Below are positions 8,365 through 18,539 of a stretch of 64,000 bases of DNA, in pieces. The notes under the pieces were generated by a model that was not told the DNA's origin, made no database searches, and was given only the letters and a program-made list of their open reading frames with translations. The stretch lies in contig JBBACQ010000004.1 of NCBI GenBank assembly GCA_041656935.1, positions 8,557 to 72,556 of the forward strand. Direction: 5' to 3'. The position numbers and the translations under genes are program-made. Within the stretch, counting starts at the first letter, position 1; each line of letters opens with the position of its first letter. The DNA is from Patescibacteria group bacterium (GTDB taxonomy: Bacteria; Patescibacteriota; Patescibacteriia; Patescibacteriales; UBA12465).

Positions 8365-9267
8365 TTAGTTTATTATTTCTTCTATTCGTCTTAAATACTT
8401 GCTATCTATCTGAAACCAATCACCAGAACTTTGAATCGGATAATTATTGCCTTCAAAACGATGAAAATCTGATCCCCCAGTAGCAATTAGATTTAATTTA
8501 ATTGCTAAAAATTGGGCATGCATAATAGCTCCAATAGAATGATGGGGCGACAGAACTTCAATCCCATCAATCCCTAACTCTTTTAATTTTTCCGTCATAT
8601 TCCGACCAAACTTATTAAATTTACCAGGATGGCAAAAAACTAGTTGACCGCCAACTTTCTTTTTAATTTTAATCAGTCTTTCAGCGTTTATATAAGATTC
8701 GCTTAGAATACCAATTTTTTTATTAAAAAATAACTCTCCCAAAATATCCTCTTCTCTCAATGGCAAAATTAATTTACCACTAAAATTTTTTTTGCTCTTC
8801 CTTCGATTTTTAATATTCTTTAAAACTAGATTATAATTATGTTTTTTTTCTATTATCTTATCCCCTAAACGATTAACCGGGATATAATTCTTAAAAAGAG
8901 ATAAAAGATTTTCAATATCAATTTGGTAACCCCTTTTCTTTAATTTAGTTAAAATATTTTTTACCAAGAGAGCTCGACGATAACGAGCTGATTCTAAAAG
9001 ATCTTGCAACTCTTCATTTTTAGCATCAAAATTATACCACAAAAAATTTAATTTTCTTCTCTTGTATTTAACATAAATCTCTAAACCAGGAATAGTTTTA
9101 ATTTTATGCTTTTTAGCTTCCCTTTGAAATTCACCCAAGCCAATTGTGGTATTATGATCAGTTAAGGAGGCAACCCGCACCCCTCTTTTTTGGATAAGCT
9201 TTACTAATTCCTTGGGGGTTAAATAGCCATCAGAAAAATTAGAATGAAGTTGTAAGTCTATCAACAT
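8365..9267 (-). CDS. PHP-domain metal-dependent phosphoesterase.
   Basis: N-terminal IDLQLHSNFSDG..LTDHNT (PHP motifs I/II). Later ..FCHPG.. and GGSDFH. Confidence 0.65.
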   Translation of the reverse strand: MLIDLQLHSNFSDGYLTPKELVKLIQKRGVRVASLTDHNTTIGLGEFQREAKKHKIKTIPGLEIYVKYKRRKLNFLWYNFDAKNEELQDLLESARYRRALLVKNILTKLKKRGYQIDIENLLSLFKNYIPVNRLGDKIIEKKHNYNLVLKNIKNRRKSKKNFSGKLILPLREEDILGELFFNKKIGILSESYINAERLIKIKKKVGGQLVFCHPGKFNKFGRNMTEKLKELGIDGIEVLSPHHSIGAIMHAQFLAIKLNLIATGGSDFHRFEGNNYPIQSSGDWFQIDSKYLRRIEEIIN

Positions 9268-9270
9268 ATT

Positions 9271-11487
9271 TTATTTTATTTTAAGTTTGTTTTTAGTTTC
9301 TGCGATTAAAACTTCGGCTCGATCTGGTTTAGGATCATGTCTAAGAAGCCAAAAAACTGAAGTTCGAACAGCCGTCCAGTGATAATAAAGTTTGACTCTC
9401 TCTTTTAATCTAATATTATACTTAATCTTAGCATTTTTACAATAAGTTTCTATAAAGAAATCTTTAATTTTCTGAATATAACCTTTAGTATAATTATATC
9501 TAATTAGCTTATACTCTAATTGCTGAATAAAAGTCCCTAGATCTCGAGCAAAATCAGAAACACAAATATCGGTAAAATCAATCATAGCAATTTTTTGCCG
9601 ACCAATTTTTATAATATTCTCGGGATGAGCATCACCATGTATTAACCACCTTTTGGAAGATAACTCAAAAAAATCATCTTCTAAATCAATTAAAAAATCA
9701 TATATTTTTTGAATATCTTTCACATACTTATCATTGTATTTCTCTTCTATTTTCCTTAAAATATCACGATAACCGGGGACAACTGTTTTTATCCGATTAT
9801 TTTTTTTATTTAAATTTATAGAATTAGAAATCGGAGTTTTATGTAATTTAGCTAACCACTCAGCTGTTTTTTTAACTGTTTTTTCTATGTCCTTCTTATT
9901 ATTTTTCTTAATATAATGCAATAAACTTTCACCCTTAACTCCTCGATAAAAAGAAGCATTAAAATATTTAGAATAAAACATCGGTTTAGGCACTGTTAAG
10001 AATCCTCTAGAAAAACCACTATTCCATAAATAATTTAAGGTATCATAAACATTTTTTCGTGGTTCGCTAGAATGAGCCGTACAAAAAAAGGATAAGGCCT
10101 TGGTCTTCAGTTTCTTTGATTTTTCCGAAGAATAAGAGAAAAAGGTTTTGAACTCTAAAACAACGTGATAAGTACTTTCCCAAATATAATCTTTATGATA
10201 AATTATTTTTATTTTTTCTATCTTTTTAAAATCGGGATAAAATGGCAAAATTTTTCTATTAAACAAATCTAAAACATATTTATCACGTAATAATTTATTT
10301 ATTTTATTATTAGTATTTAATTTATTCCTAGAATAATAATTCCAATGCTTCGCCCAAACAGATTTCTTTATAGCTACAAAAATATTTTCTGATTTTATTT
10401 TCTCCGAATGAGAAGTGGAAAATTCTAAAGATCGAATGGACCGAATTAATTCATTAGCTCCTCTTTCTATTTCATCGGGGTTCCAAGCATACGGACCAAA
10501 ATTATGTTTAAAATCATTAGCGCTGGCCCACCAGAAGGTACAACTAGCCAATCCCCTCACCAAATGCCAACGTGACCAATTATAATTTTCATCTTTTCTG
10601 TATTTACTCCCAAGATTAATAGACATATTAGCTAATTTCCATAATTTCATATGAATTTCGTTCTTTTTATCATGCCACAAATGATAAGGTTGTTTTTCTC
10701 TTAAGTTTTTTTCGTTTGACTCCCAATTACTTTTTCTAATATTTATTTTTTCCGGATTTTTAAAACCAGCTATATATTTAGAAATTAAAGTTGTTTTGAT
10801 TTCTTTAATCGCTAAAACTTCTTCTAATTTCTTCCCTAAATCTTGATGTCTTAAACCATAAAGTTCGCCATCAGTTCCACTAATAATAACCTTTTTGTCA
10901 TGATTTTTGTTTTTTTCTAAAAATTTAATAATCTCATCGGGAACATAACAATTAGAAAATTTTCTCGACCGAAATATTACTTTTAAGCCACTATTTTTAT
11001 CTAAATAAACTTTTTCGGGATCCAGCTTTTTTTTATTTTGATAAGATATTTCATCTAATATCAACCAGCTATATCCAAGTTTTTTCACAATTTGAGCTGT
11101 CTCGGGACTATAAGCCATTTCCGGCAAAAAGAAGCCTTTAAGTTTAGCCTTAGGAAAATATTTTTTTAAAATTGTTTCATTTTCTTTTATTTGCCAAACG
11201 ATTTCATTTTCTTTTAATAAGGGAAGTAAAGCATGATAAGAAGCGGAACCGGTTAACTCAATCTGACCTTTATCAATTAAAACATTTATTCTCTCTATTA
11301 AATCAAGATATTTTAGTTCTACTAACCTAGAGACTAAACAAGCTGAAATATTAATAGTGAATTTAGAGTTTGGATTTTTTTCTAAAACTTCTATAATTCT
11401 CTTATAACTAAGATCACTTGCCTCTTTTATTTTATAGGCATCCGAGTTGGCGGGTTGATAACAATGTAAAAAATTTATCCACAACAT
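9271..11487 (-). CDS. Fusion protein: N-terminal GH57-family glycoside hydrolase domain plus C-terminal protein-kinase-like (APH/maltokinase-like) domain.
   Basis: Matches GH57 conserved regions: HCYQP, GQIELTG..YH, PEMAY, GTDGELYG, WWASANDF. Kinase Brenner motif HGDAHPENI and IDFTD near the C-terminus. Confidence 0.65.
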   Translation of the reverse strand: MLWINFLHCYQPANSDAYKIKEASDLSYKRIIEVLEKNPNSKFTINISACLVSRLVELKYLDLIERINVLIDKGQIELTGSASYHALLPLLKENEIVWQIKENETILKKYFPKAKLKGFFLPEMAYSPETAQIVKKLGYSWLILDEISYQNKKKLDPEKVYLDKNSGLKVIFRSRKFSNCYVPDEIIKFLEKNKNHDKKVIISGTDGELYGLRHQDLGKKLEEVLAIKEIKTTLISKYIAGFKNPEKINIRKSNWESNEKNLREKQPYHLWHDKKNEIHMKLWKLANMSINLGSKYRKDENYNWSRWHLVRGLASCTFWWASANDFKHNFGPYAWNPDEIERGANELIRSIRSLEFSTSHSEKIKSENIFVAIKKSVWAKHWNYYSRNKLNTNNKINKLLRDKYVLDLFNRKILPFYPDFKKIEKIKIIYHKDYIWESTYHVVLEFKTFFSYSSEKSKKLKTKALSFFCTAHSSEPRKNVYDTLNYLWNSGFSRGFLTVPKPMFYSKYFNASFYRGVKGESLLHYIKKNNKKDIEKTVKKTAEWLAKLHKTPISNSINLNKKNNRIKTVVPGYRDILRKIEEKYNDKYVKDIQKIYDFLIDLEDDFFELSSKRWLIHGDAHPENIIKIGRQKIAMIDFTDICVSDFARDLGTFIQQLEYKLIRYNYTKGYIQKIKDFFIETYCKNAKIKYNIRLKERVKLYYHWTAVRTSVFWLLRHDPKPDRAEVLIAETKNKLKIK

Positions 11488-11499
11488 AATAATTTAGAT

Positions 11500-12957
11500 T
11501 TAATTTTTGATAGCCCTCTTATATAATTTAATATATTTCTGGGCCGGAATTTCCCAGCTACTTGATTTACGCATAGCTCTAACAATTAATTCCGACCAAT
11601 TTTTTTTATATTTATAATTTTCTAAAGCCCTAATTATCGCCATTAAAAAAGAAAATTCATCTTCATGTTTAAAAGTAAAACCGGTGCCTTTGTTAGTAGT
11701 CGGGTTAAAATTAGACACCGTATCATAGAGACCACCGATATCTCGGACAATTGGGATACAACCATAACGCATAGCAATCATTTGATTTATTCCACAGGGT
11801 TCATAATTAGACGGTAAAATAAAAAAATCAGAACTAGCATATAATAAAGTTTCCTTATTTTGATCAAAGGGAATCCACAACATTTTTTTAGGATGTTTTT
11901 TATGCATCTTTTTTAAATTTTTTATGTATTCAGCATCACCGTCTCCCATAAAAATAATTTGAACATCCAGTTTCAAAAAATAAGGTAATAATTTTAAAAT
12001 AATATCGAAGCCTTTTTGGTGAGCAATTCTAGAAGTCGAACAAAAGAGAGGAATATCAGCCTCCACAGTAAAACCAAATTTTTTCTGGAGATATTTTTTG
12101 TTTTCAGCTTTTAAATTAAAATTATCGAAACCATATTGTTTAAATAAACCACTGTCTTTTTGGGGGTTATAGGAGTTATAATCAATTCCATTAATAATCC
12201 CAAATAAACGATCCTCTCTATTCTTTAAAATTCTATGAAGATCTTGACCAAACTTCTTAGTCATAATCTCATCGCGATATCTTTCACTCACCGTATTAAT
12301 AATATCAGCTGACAAAATAGCTCTCTTGGCAAAGTTAATATTAACAATATCTGGGTTATCTAATAAAGGAATATTTTTTCTTCCATAATCTTTTTTGTTT
12401 AGAGGAACACTATACCAAGCTCGACTCATCTGAAAGGCTAAATTATGGATAGTAAAGATAATTTTGGCCTTTCCTAAATTCTTGGTATAACGAAATTTAT
12501 TTTTAATAAAATAAGGAATTAATCCAGTATGCCAATCATGACAATGGATAATATCAGGCTGATGGTCTAATAAATTCAGAAGCTTTAAAGAGGCAACATT
12601 AAAAACCAAAAATCTAATATTATCTTTTACCGAAATATAAATTTTTTTAGATTTAGAAAAATGTTCCTTACTTTCAACAAAATAAACCGGCAAACCATCT
12701 ATTAATTGCCCCTTCCAAAAATTAACCTTAACGGAATTAGCCGAATCGACTACTACATTAACATCTTTATAAATTAGCTTTAAATTATGCTTATCCTTAT
12801 CGATTAATTTCCCGTAGAGTGGAGTTATAACCGAAACCTGATGGCCTAAACGAAAAGAAGCCTTCGGTAAACTACGAGTAACATCACCTAAACCACCCGA
12901 CTTTGAGAAAGGTGAAACTTCAGAAGCAAAATGTACTATCTTTAATTTTTTGGCCAT
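11500..12957 (-). CDS. glgA: Glycogen (starch) synthase, GT5.
   Basis: N-terminal KIVHFASEVSPFSKSGGLGDV (E-x-P-x-x-K-[ST]-GGL-[GA]-DV signature). GT-B C-terminal half. Confidence 0.85.
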   Translation of the reverse strand: MAKKLKIVHFASEVSPFSKSGGLGDVTRSLPKASFRLGHQVSVITPLYGKLIDKDKHNLKLIYKDVNVVVDSANSVKVNFWKGQLIDGLPVYFVESKEHFSKSKKIYISVKDNIRFLVFNVASLKLLNLLDHQPDIIHCHDWHTGLIPYFIKNKFRYTKNLGKAKIIFTIHNLAFQMSRAWYSVPLNKKDYGRKNIPLLDNPDIVNINFAKRAILSADIINTVSERYRDEIMTKKFGQDLHRILKNREDRLFGIINGIDYNSYNPQKDSGLFKQYGFDNFNLKAENKKYLQKKFGFTVEADIPLFCSTSRIAHQKGFDIILKLLPYFLKLDVQIIFMGDGDAEYIKNLKKMHKKHPKKMLWIPFDQNKETLLYASSDFFILPSNYEPCGINQMIAMRYGCIPIVRDIGGLYDTVSNFNPTTNKGTGFTFKHEDEFSFLMAIIRALENYKYKKNWSELIVRAMRKSSSWEIPAQKYIKLYKRAIKN

Positions 12958-12976
12958 ATCTTCTAAATTAACTAAG

Positions 12977-13456
12977 TTAAAAAGTTTTTAAATTAGAAGC
13001 GCAAATGGCTGCCGCCAAAGCATCGGCGGCGTCATCAGATTTAGGAGCCTCTTTTAAATTCAAAATTAATTGGACCATTTTTTTTACTTGCTTTTTATCA
13101 GCTCGACCGAAATTACAAACTCCCTGCTTAATTTGCAAAGGGGTTAATTCTAGCAACTTCAAGCCGTTTTTTTTCACATTCAATAAAATTACCCCGCGAG
13201 CTTGTCCTACAATTAAAGCGGTTTTAGCATTAGTATTAAAAAACAACCTCTCTATTGATACCAAACTTGGTTGGTACTTGTCAATTATTTTTTGTAGCTC
13301 ATCATTAAGCTTTTCTAACCTATCCGGTAGCTCCTGCTGAGAAGATGTTTTTATCGACCCAAAATCAAGACACTCTAATTTATCTTTTTCTACTGAAATT
13401 AAACCGAAACCAGTGTCGGCTATTCCGGGATCAAGTCCTAAAATAATCTTTTTCAT
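12977..13456 (-). CDS. ruvC: Holliday junction resolvase RuvC.
   Basis: ILGLDPGIADTGFGLI N-terminus. C-terminal DDAADALAAAICAS. Confidence 0.85.
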   Translation of the reverse strand: MKKIILGLDPGIADTGFGLISVEKDKLECLDFGSIKTSSQQELPDRLEKLNDELQKIIDKYQPSLVSIERLFFNTNAKTALIVGQARGVILLNVKKNGLKLLELTPLQIKQGVCNFGRADKKQVKKMVQLILNLKEAPKSDDAADALAAAICASNLKTF

Positions 13457-13468
13457 AAGAATATAGAA

Positions 13469-13834
13469 TTATCCCTTCTTTTCTAGAAAAGAATCGTTTT
13501 TTACTATTTTTTTAATAATAAAATAAAGTAAGGCCATTATTATTAAAAAAACTAATAACGAACTTATAACTTTCCCTAATTCAAAATCAACCTCTCTAAT
13601 AGTAAAACTTAAATTTTCTAAATTATCTTTAGAAATAAATAAGCTAATAAACGGCATAAAGAGACCATTGACGATGGCGTCAACTAAATCTTTAGAAGCT
13701 TGCCCAATAATTAAACCAATGGCTAAGCCTAAAACCGAATATTCTTTTAAAAAAGACAATAATCCTTTTAAGAAATTTTCTGGTGCTTCCTTAATTTCAC
13801 TAATCGCTTCTGGCTTTTTTTCTTCTGTCATCAT
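13469..13834 (-). CDS. mscL: Large-conductance mechanosensitive channel MscL-like.
   Basis: FLKEYSVLGLAIGLIIGQASKDLVDAIVNGLFMPFI matches the MscL TM1/periplasmic-loop consensus. A second TM follows. Length 121 aa. Confidence 0.65.
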   Translation of the reverse strand: MMTEEKKPEAISEIKEAPENFLKGLLSFLKEYSVLGLAIGLIIGQASKDLVDAIVNGLFMPFISLFISKDNLENLSFTIREVDFELGKVISSLLVFLIIMALLYFIIKKIVKNDSFLEKKG

Positions 13835-13867
13835 ATTTTTTTATTATTAACAAATAAAATCTAAAAA

Positions 13868-14548
13868 CTATTCTATTTCTGTCCCCTTAAATTTCTGACC
13901 GGAGAAATATTTATTTAAATTACCCAAATTTTGCCCATTCAAAACGACGACTTTTTTATTGCTCTTTTTACATCTAACAGAAGCTACTGGATCGAAAGGA
14001 GCACTCATCCCCGGTTTCCATTTTTTGCCAATCAATGACAAAAAATCAGACCATCTAATTTTTTCAATTTTTTGGGCTCCGGAAAATTTATTAGGATCTC
14101 GGTCATAAACATAATCAATATTAGACAGATTAATTATTTTTTCCACTTTATAAATCTCAGCTAATAATACCGCTACAAAATCAGAAGAATTCCCCGGTAG
14201 ATAACCACCCGAAAAAATCAAAGGTTTAGTTGTTTTTACTTTAACTTTAGGATCAGAAATTATTTTTTCAAAGGCTAAGTCAGAAAAAATTGATTTTAAT
14301 AAATAAGCATTTAAACGAGTAGCATAAATTCCTAAATAATCTTGATCATATTCACTTAAATCTTTTCTTATTTCTCTAGCTGAATAAATATATTTCCGCG
14401 CCGTTTGGCCACCGCCAACCACAATAATAAACTTATCGCCTTTTTCAACCCGATTTTCAATTATCTTCTTAAATTTCTTCAAAAAACCGACGTTAACCCC
14501 ATCTTTTAGAGAAACAATTGATCCTCCCAAAGATAAAACGTAAAACAT
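13868..14548 (-). CDS. pyrH: Amino-acid-kinase-fold enzyme, most likely archaeal-type UMP kinase.
   Basis: LSLGGS N-terminus. FIIVVGGGQTARKYI resembles the archaeal UMPK VVVGGGKLARKYI. Length 226 aa. Confidence 0.6.
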   Translation of the reverse strand: MFYVLSLGGSIVSLKDGVNVGFLKKFKKIIENRVEKGDKFIIVVGGGQTARKYIYSAREIRKDLSEYDQDYLGIYATRLNAYLLKSIFSDLAFEKIISDPKVKVKTTKPLIFSGGYLPGNSSDFVAVLLAEIYKVEKIINLSNIDYVYDRDPNKFSGAQKIEKIRWSDFLSLIGKKWKPGMSAPFDPVASVRCKKSNKKVVVLNGQNLGNLNKYFSGQKFKGTEIE

Positions 14549-14648
14549 AATTTTCTATTAATCTAAATTTATAAATCTTTCAAAATTTTATTTTAAAAAA
14601 CACTTGAAATAAATCTAAAAGAATTATATAGAAGAAAATTTGGAAAAA

Positions 14649-15695
14649 TTATTTATTCTCCCTCTTATTATACTCCTCTAAAATTTTAGATCGAACTTCT
14701 TTCAATAATTTTTCTTGAGCTTTTAATTGAATTTTGGCATTCTCGCGACCAATTCCTAATTTTATATCTCCGAAGCTATAAGAATTACCTGACTTTTTAA
14801 TGACATTATACTCAACTCCTAAATCTAATAAATCACCGGCGACTGAAATGCCCTCGTTGTACATAATATCAAACTCAGCTACTTTAAAAGGAGCGGCGAC
14901 TTTATTTTTCACTAATTTAGCCTTAACGCGATTTCCAACAATCTTTTCACCTTGTTTTATTTGAGCACTTCTTCGCACCTCAACTCGAACTGATGAATAA
15001 AATTTTAAAGCATTACCGCCACTAGTTGTTTCCGGATTACCAAAGAATACACCAATTTTATTTCTAATCTGATTAATAAATATTACTACTGTTTTTGATT
15101 TAGAAATTATACCAGTTAATTTTCTAAGAGCTTGGCTCATTAAACGAGCTTGAAGCCCCATGTGTTGATCTCCCATATCTCCCTCAATTTCCTTTTGCGG
15201 AACTAAAGCAGCGACACTATCCACTACCACCACATCTACGGCATTAGAACGAACCAAGGTCTCTACGATTTCCAAGGCTTGCTCTCCAGTGTCCGGCTGA
15301 GAAATAAGCATCTCTTTGATATTAATACCAATTTTTTCAGCATAATCAGGGTCTAAAGCATGCTCAGCGTCTACAAAGGCGGCTACCCCACCAGTCTTTT
15401 GAACCTCAGCTACGATATGTTGAGCTAGAGTAGTTTTTCCGGAAGATTCTGGTCCAAAAATCTCTATAACTCGACCTCTAGGAACACCTCCAACTCCAAA
15501 AGCTAAATCTAAAGATAAACAACCAGTAGAAATTACATCGACATTTGTTTTCCGAGCATCACCAAATCTCATAATAGCCCCTTCACCAAATTTACTTTTA
15601 ATTTGCTCCATGGCCAATAAAGTAGCTTCGGCTTTATTACCCTTCAGCTCTTTAATTTCATTTTTAACTTCTTTAACTTTCTTGTCTTTTAACAT
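14649..15695 (-). CDS. recA: Recombinase RecA.
   Basis: [40 protein letters not shown] pattern present, with Walker A and the L1/L2 region. Confidence 0.95.
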   Translation of the reverse strand: MLKDKKVKEVKNEIKELKGNKAEATLLAMEQIKSKFGEGAIMRFGDARKTNVDVISTGCLSLDLAFGVGGVPRGRVIEIFGPESSGKTTLAQHIVAEVQKTGGVAAFVDAEHALDPDYAEKIGINIKEMLISQPDTGEQALEIVETLVRSNAVDVVVVDSVAALVPQKEIEGDMGDQHMGLQARLMSQALRKLTGIISKSKTVVIFINQIRNKIGVFFGNPETTSGGNALKFYSSVRVEVRRSAQIKQGEKIVGNRVKAKLVKNKVAAPFKVAEFDIMYNEGISVAGDLLDLGVEYNVIKKSGNSYSFGDIKLGIGRENAKIQLKAQEKLLKEVRSKILEEYNKRENK

Positions 15696-15875
15696 AGTTT
15701 TATAATAACTATAATTTTTTTTAAAAAAAACATTATAATTATTCTTTTTAATAATTAAAATAAATTAATAATATTATAAGTTTTTCGATCTAAATAAATT
15801 AATAGTATTATAAAGTTTTACCGATGAAAACAAATTAAATTAAAATTAAAATTAATATAAATTAATAATTAGATA

Positions 15876-18446
15876 TTAATCACAAGGAGTAACTGAAGGA
15901 GCACCGTTACAACAAAAAGGAATAGCGGGAGTGGCCGTACAACCTGGACCGACACTAGGTTTAAAACAATTTTGATAAACATCTTTCACACCTGACCCAA
16001 CTCTAGATTTGTAATCAGCTCCCTCAAAAAACTTTCCATGATTTATGTAAGCGCTGGTCTTATCAGGCTCCCCATCAACAGGGTCAATGTCTAGACCCTT
16101 AGAAGATATCCAATATCCAACTAATTGTCCACTTATTAAATTAATTAAGGAATGAACAACATCTTTAACCCCATTATTTATAGTAACAGCTCCAGTTTTT
16201 AAACTACTGGCCATCATTAACTTATTAAATTCAATAATAATAGGATCGTATAAATCTACTGCTGTAGCTTGAACGGCCGGAGAAATATTGCTGATAATTG
16301 GTGGATCAGTCTCAATTTTATCGCTGATCCAAAAAGACCATCTCAAATTATCCCCCATATTAATATCAGGACTATTTAAATTATAAAAAGTAACGGGGCC
16401 ATAAGAATAGCCGTCGCCATTACCATCGAAAGAATTACCGGCGGAGTCCATTATTCCATCCATCAAAGATAGGTTCGATAATGGATAACGCTTAGCCTGA
16501 CTATTAACACAAATATTATCGGTACAAGTTAAAAAGGGACTTTTGTTAAGACAATTAGCATCATCTCCCTGACAATCAAATAAACTGGCCGATTTTAATT
16601 GAACTTCTAAATTACTATTAGCGGGCAAACAATAAATATCTTCTCCACAACCATTAACTCCGCATTTAACATCTGACTGAAATTCTACCGTTTTATAATT
16701 AGAAGAAATAGAAAAATTTCCAGCTAAATAATTTCCGACACACACCGTTCCGTCACAATTATAAGATTGGCATTCATTGTCTTCAACACAAGCTTGACCA
16801 GAAGATTTAGCCGAAGCAGATTTATTTATAATTTTAATGTAATCATAAATATCATCGCTGTTTCCCGAAACCATTAAAGGATTGACTGCTTCGTTAAAAT
16901 TTATTTGAACAACACTATTCATTGGTTGATCTTTTTTATCATTTATAACGACCTGCTCACTTTTATCTCCCCCACCACTGAAAGGAATAACCGAAATAGC
17001 ACTAGAATTACTAGAAGATAAGGCGATGCTATTACCACTAACTCCACCAACCTTAGCCGTTAAATTAATAATAGTTGTCCCTGTTTGATAAGAAACATTT
17101 ATATTAGGATGGTTAGCTAAAACTACACTAATCTCTTGCGCTAAAACAATAGGGTTAGAATTAACTGAAATATTATAAGCATCGCTCGAACCATTGATAA
17201 AAGTATAGACATAAGATCCAACAGTCAAAAAATCAGCTAAAATTCTCTTTTTAACTACCACCGACCACGAGCTTCCAGCTGTAAAACTAGGATCTAATTC
17301 CATTTTAAAATAATTAACAAAATTAACTTCATTATCGACAATATCAAAAAGACCTAAATTACTACCACCACTAGATAATTGAGCTTTGGTTCTATTTAAA
17401 TCAACCACCACATTAAAATTAAGATAATCTCCATTATAATTAGGATTAATATCAGCCGTAGCCGTAGCGGTTCCAATAATATTACTAATGGAAACAATGC
17501 TGGCTGGTTGAAAATAATTAGGCTCGCCTAAAACACCCAAAGAGGCTGTAGCAAAAAGTAGCTCTGAAATTAAATTCTTTTCGTCCTTAGTATCATCAGC
17601 TTGTGGGAAAACACTCCCTACTTCTGGTGGAGTTAAATCTAAAAGATTACTAACCTCAAAGCCCCATAGGAAGAAATTGGCCGAACAATTAGAAAAAATA
17701 CTAGCTGATTCGTCTAGCTTTAAAACATCACTGGAAAAATAAACTAAATATTTAGAAAAACCATTTTCGTTGCCCAATAAATTATCTGGATAGAAAACAA
17801 ATGTTTTATTATCAGCCGTTGAAAAACTAAAAGAAATTGGTTCAGAACAAGCTCTAGTAATAATATCAAATTTATCTTCTTCGCATAATACAACACTAGA
17901 ATTAGAAATAGAAGTAGAGGCGACTTCCTCCTTAAAGGTAATCATAATCATGGTATTTCTAGGAACATTCTCTTGATCAGGCTCAGGATAAACACTTTCA
18001 ACGCTACAATTTCCAATGGCTCCTAGACCAGTCTGAAAAAAAGCATTTCTAGAAGTATCTACTCCTTGATTGGAATAGTTATCGGGAAACAAACTTCTAA
18101 AAATAAAAGTGACGATACCCCAAGAAATTAATATTATTGCTAGACCAATAATAGCACTTTTCAATAAGCGCTTAGCTTTGTCAACTTTCTCTTCATTGCC
18201 CTCAGAGGTCATCCACAAAAATCCCCCATAAATATTTAAACTAACAGCAATAATTGCTAATAGACCTAAAAAGATATTAATAATTTTAACTACAATTGTT
18301 CGAGGATCGGTCGCCTTTAAAACTATCTCGCTATCAACCTCAGATATTCCGACAATATCTCCCGCCAAAACTATTCGAAGACCGACTAAAAAAAGACCTA
18401 AACAAAAGAAAGAAAAGAAAAGAAGTATTTTTCTATTTTTTATCAT
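15876..18446 (-). CDS. Large (856 aa) membrane-anchored, Cys-rich, predicted extracellular protein. Function unknown.
   Basis: Three N-terminal hydrophobic helices, the last two forming a hairpin (..GGFLWMTSEGNEEKVDKAKRLL..). Long Ser/Asn/Thr-rich body. C-terminal Cys-rich modules (CVEDNECQSYNCDGTVC, CGVNGCGEDIYC, CQGDDANCLNKSPFLTCTDNIC). Confidence 0.55.
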   Translation of the reverse strand: MIKNRKILLFFSFFCLGLFLVGLRIVLAGDIVGISEVDSEIVLKATDPRTIVVKIINIFLGLLAIIAVSLNIYGGFLWMTSEGNEEKVDKAKRLLKSAIIGLAIILISWGIVTFIFRSLFPDNYSNQGVDTSRNAFFQTGLGAIGNCSVESVYPEPDQENVPRNTMIMITFKEEVASTSISNSSVVLCEEDKFDIITRACSEPISFSFSTADNKTFVFYPDNLLGNENGFSKYLVYFSSDVLKLDESASIFSNCSANFFLWGFEVSNLLDLTPPEVGSVFPQADDTKDEKNLISELLFATASLGVLGEPNYFQPASIVSISNIIGTATATADINPNYNGDYLNFNVVVDLNRTKAQLSSGGSNLGLFDIVDNEVNFVNYFKMELDPSFTAGSSWSVVVKKRILADFLTVGSYVYTFINGSSDAYNISVNSNPIVLAQEISVVLANHPNINVSYQTGTTIINLTAKVGGVSGNSIALSSSNSSAISVIPFSGGGDKSEQVVINDKKDQPMNSVVQINFNEAVNPLMVSGNSDDIYDYIKIINKSASAKSSGQACVEDNECQSYNCDGTVCVGNYLAGNFSISSNYKTVEFQSDVKCGVNGCGEDIYCLPANSNLEVQLKSASLFDCQGDDANCLNKSPFLTCTDNICVNSQAKRYPLSNLSLMDGIMDSAGNSFDGNGDGYSYGPVTFYNLNSPDINMGDNLRWSFWISDKIETDPPIISNISPAVQATAVDLYDPIIIEFNKLMMASSLKTGAVTINNGVKDVVHSLINLISGQLVGYWISSKGLDIDPVDGEPDKTSAYINHGKFFEGADYKSRVGSGVKDVYQNCFKPSVGPGCTATPAIPFCCNGAPSVTPCD

Positions 18447-18539
18447 ACTAAAGTGATTATTTATAAATTGATAATAAATTGCTAATTTGCAATTTTTATA
18501 TTATTATTATAGCATAAAAAATAAAATAATTGAATATTT

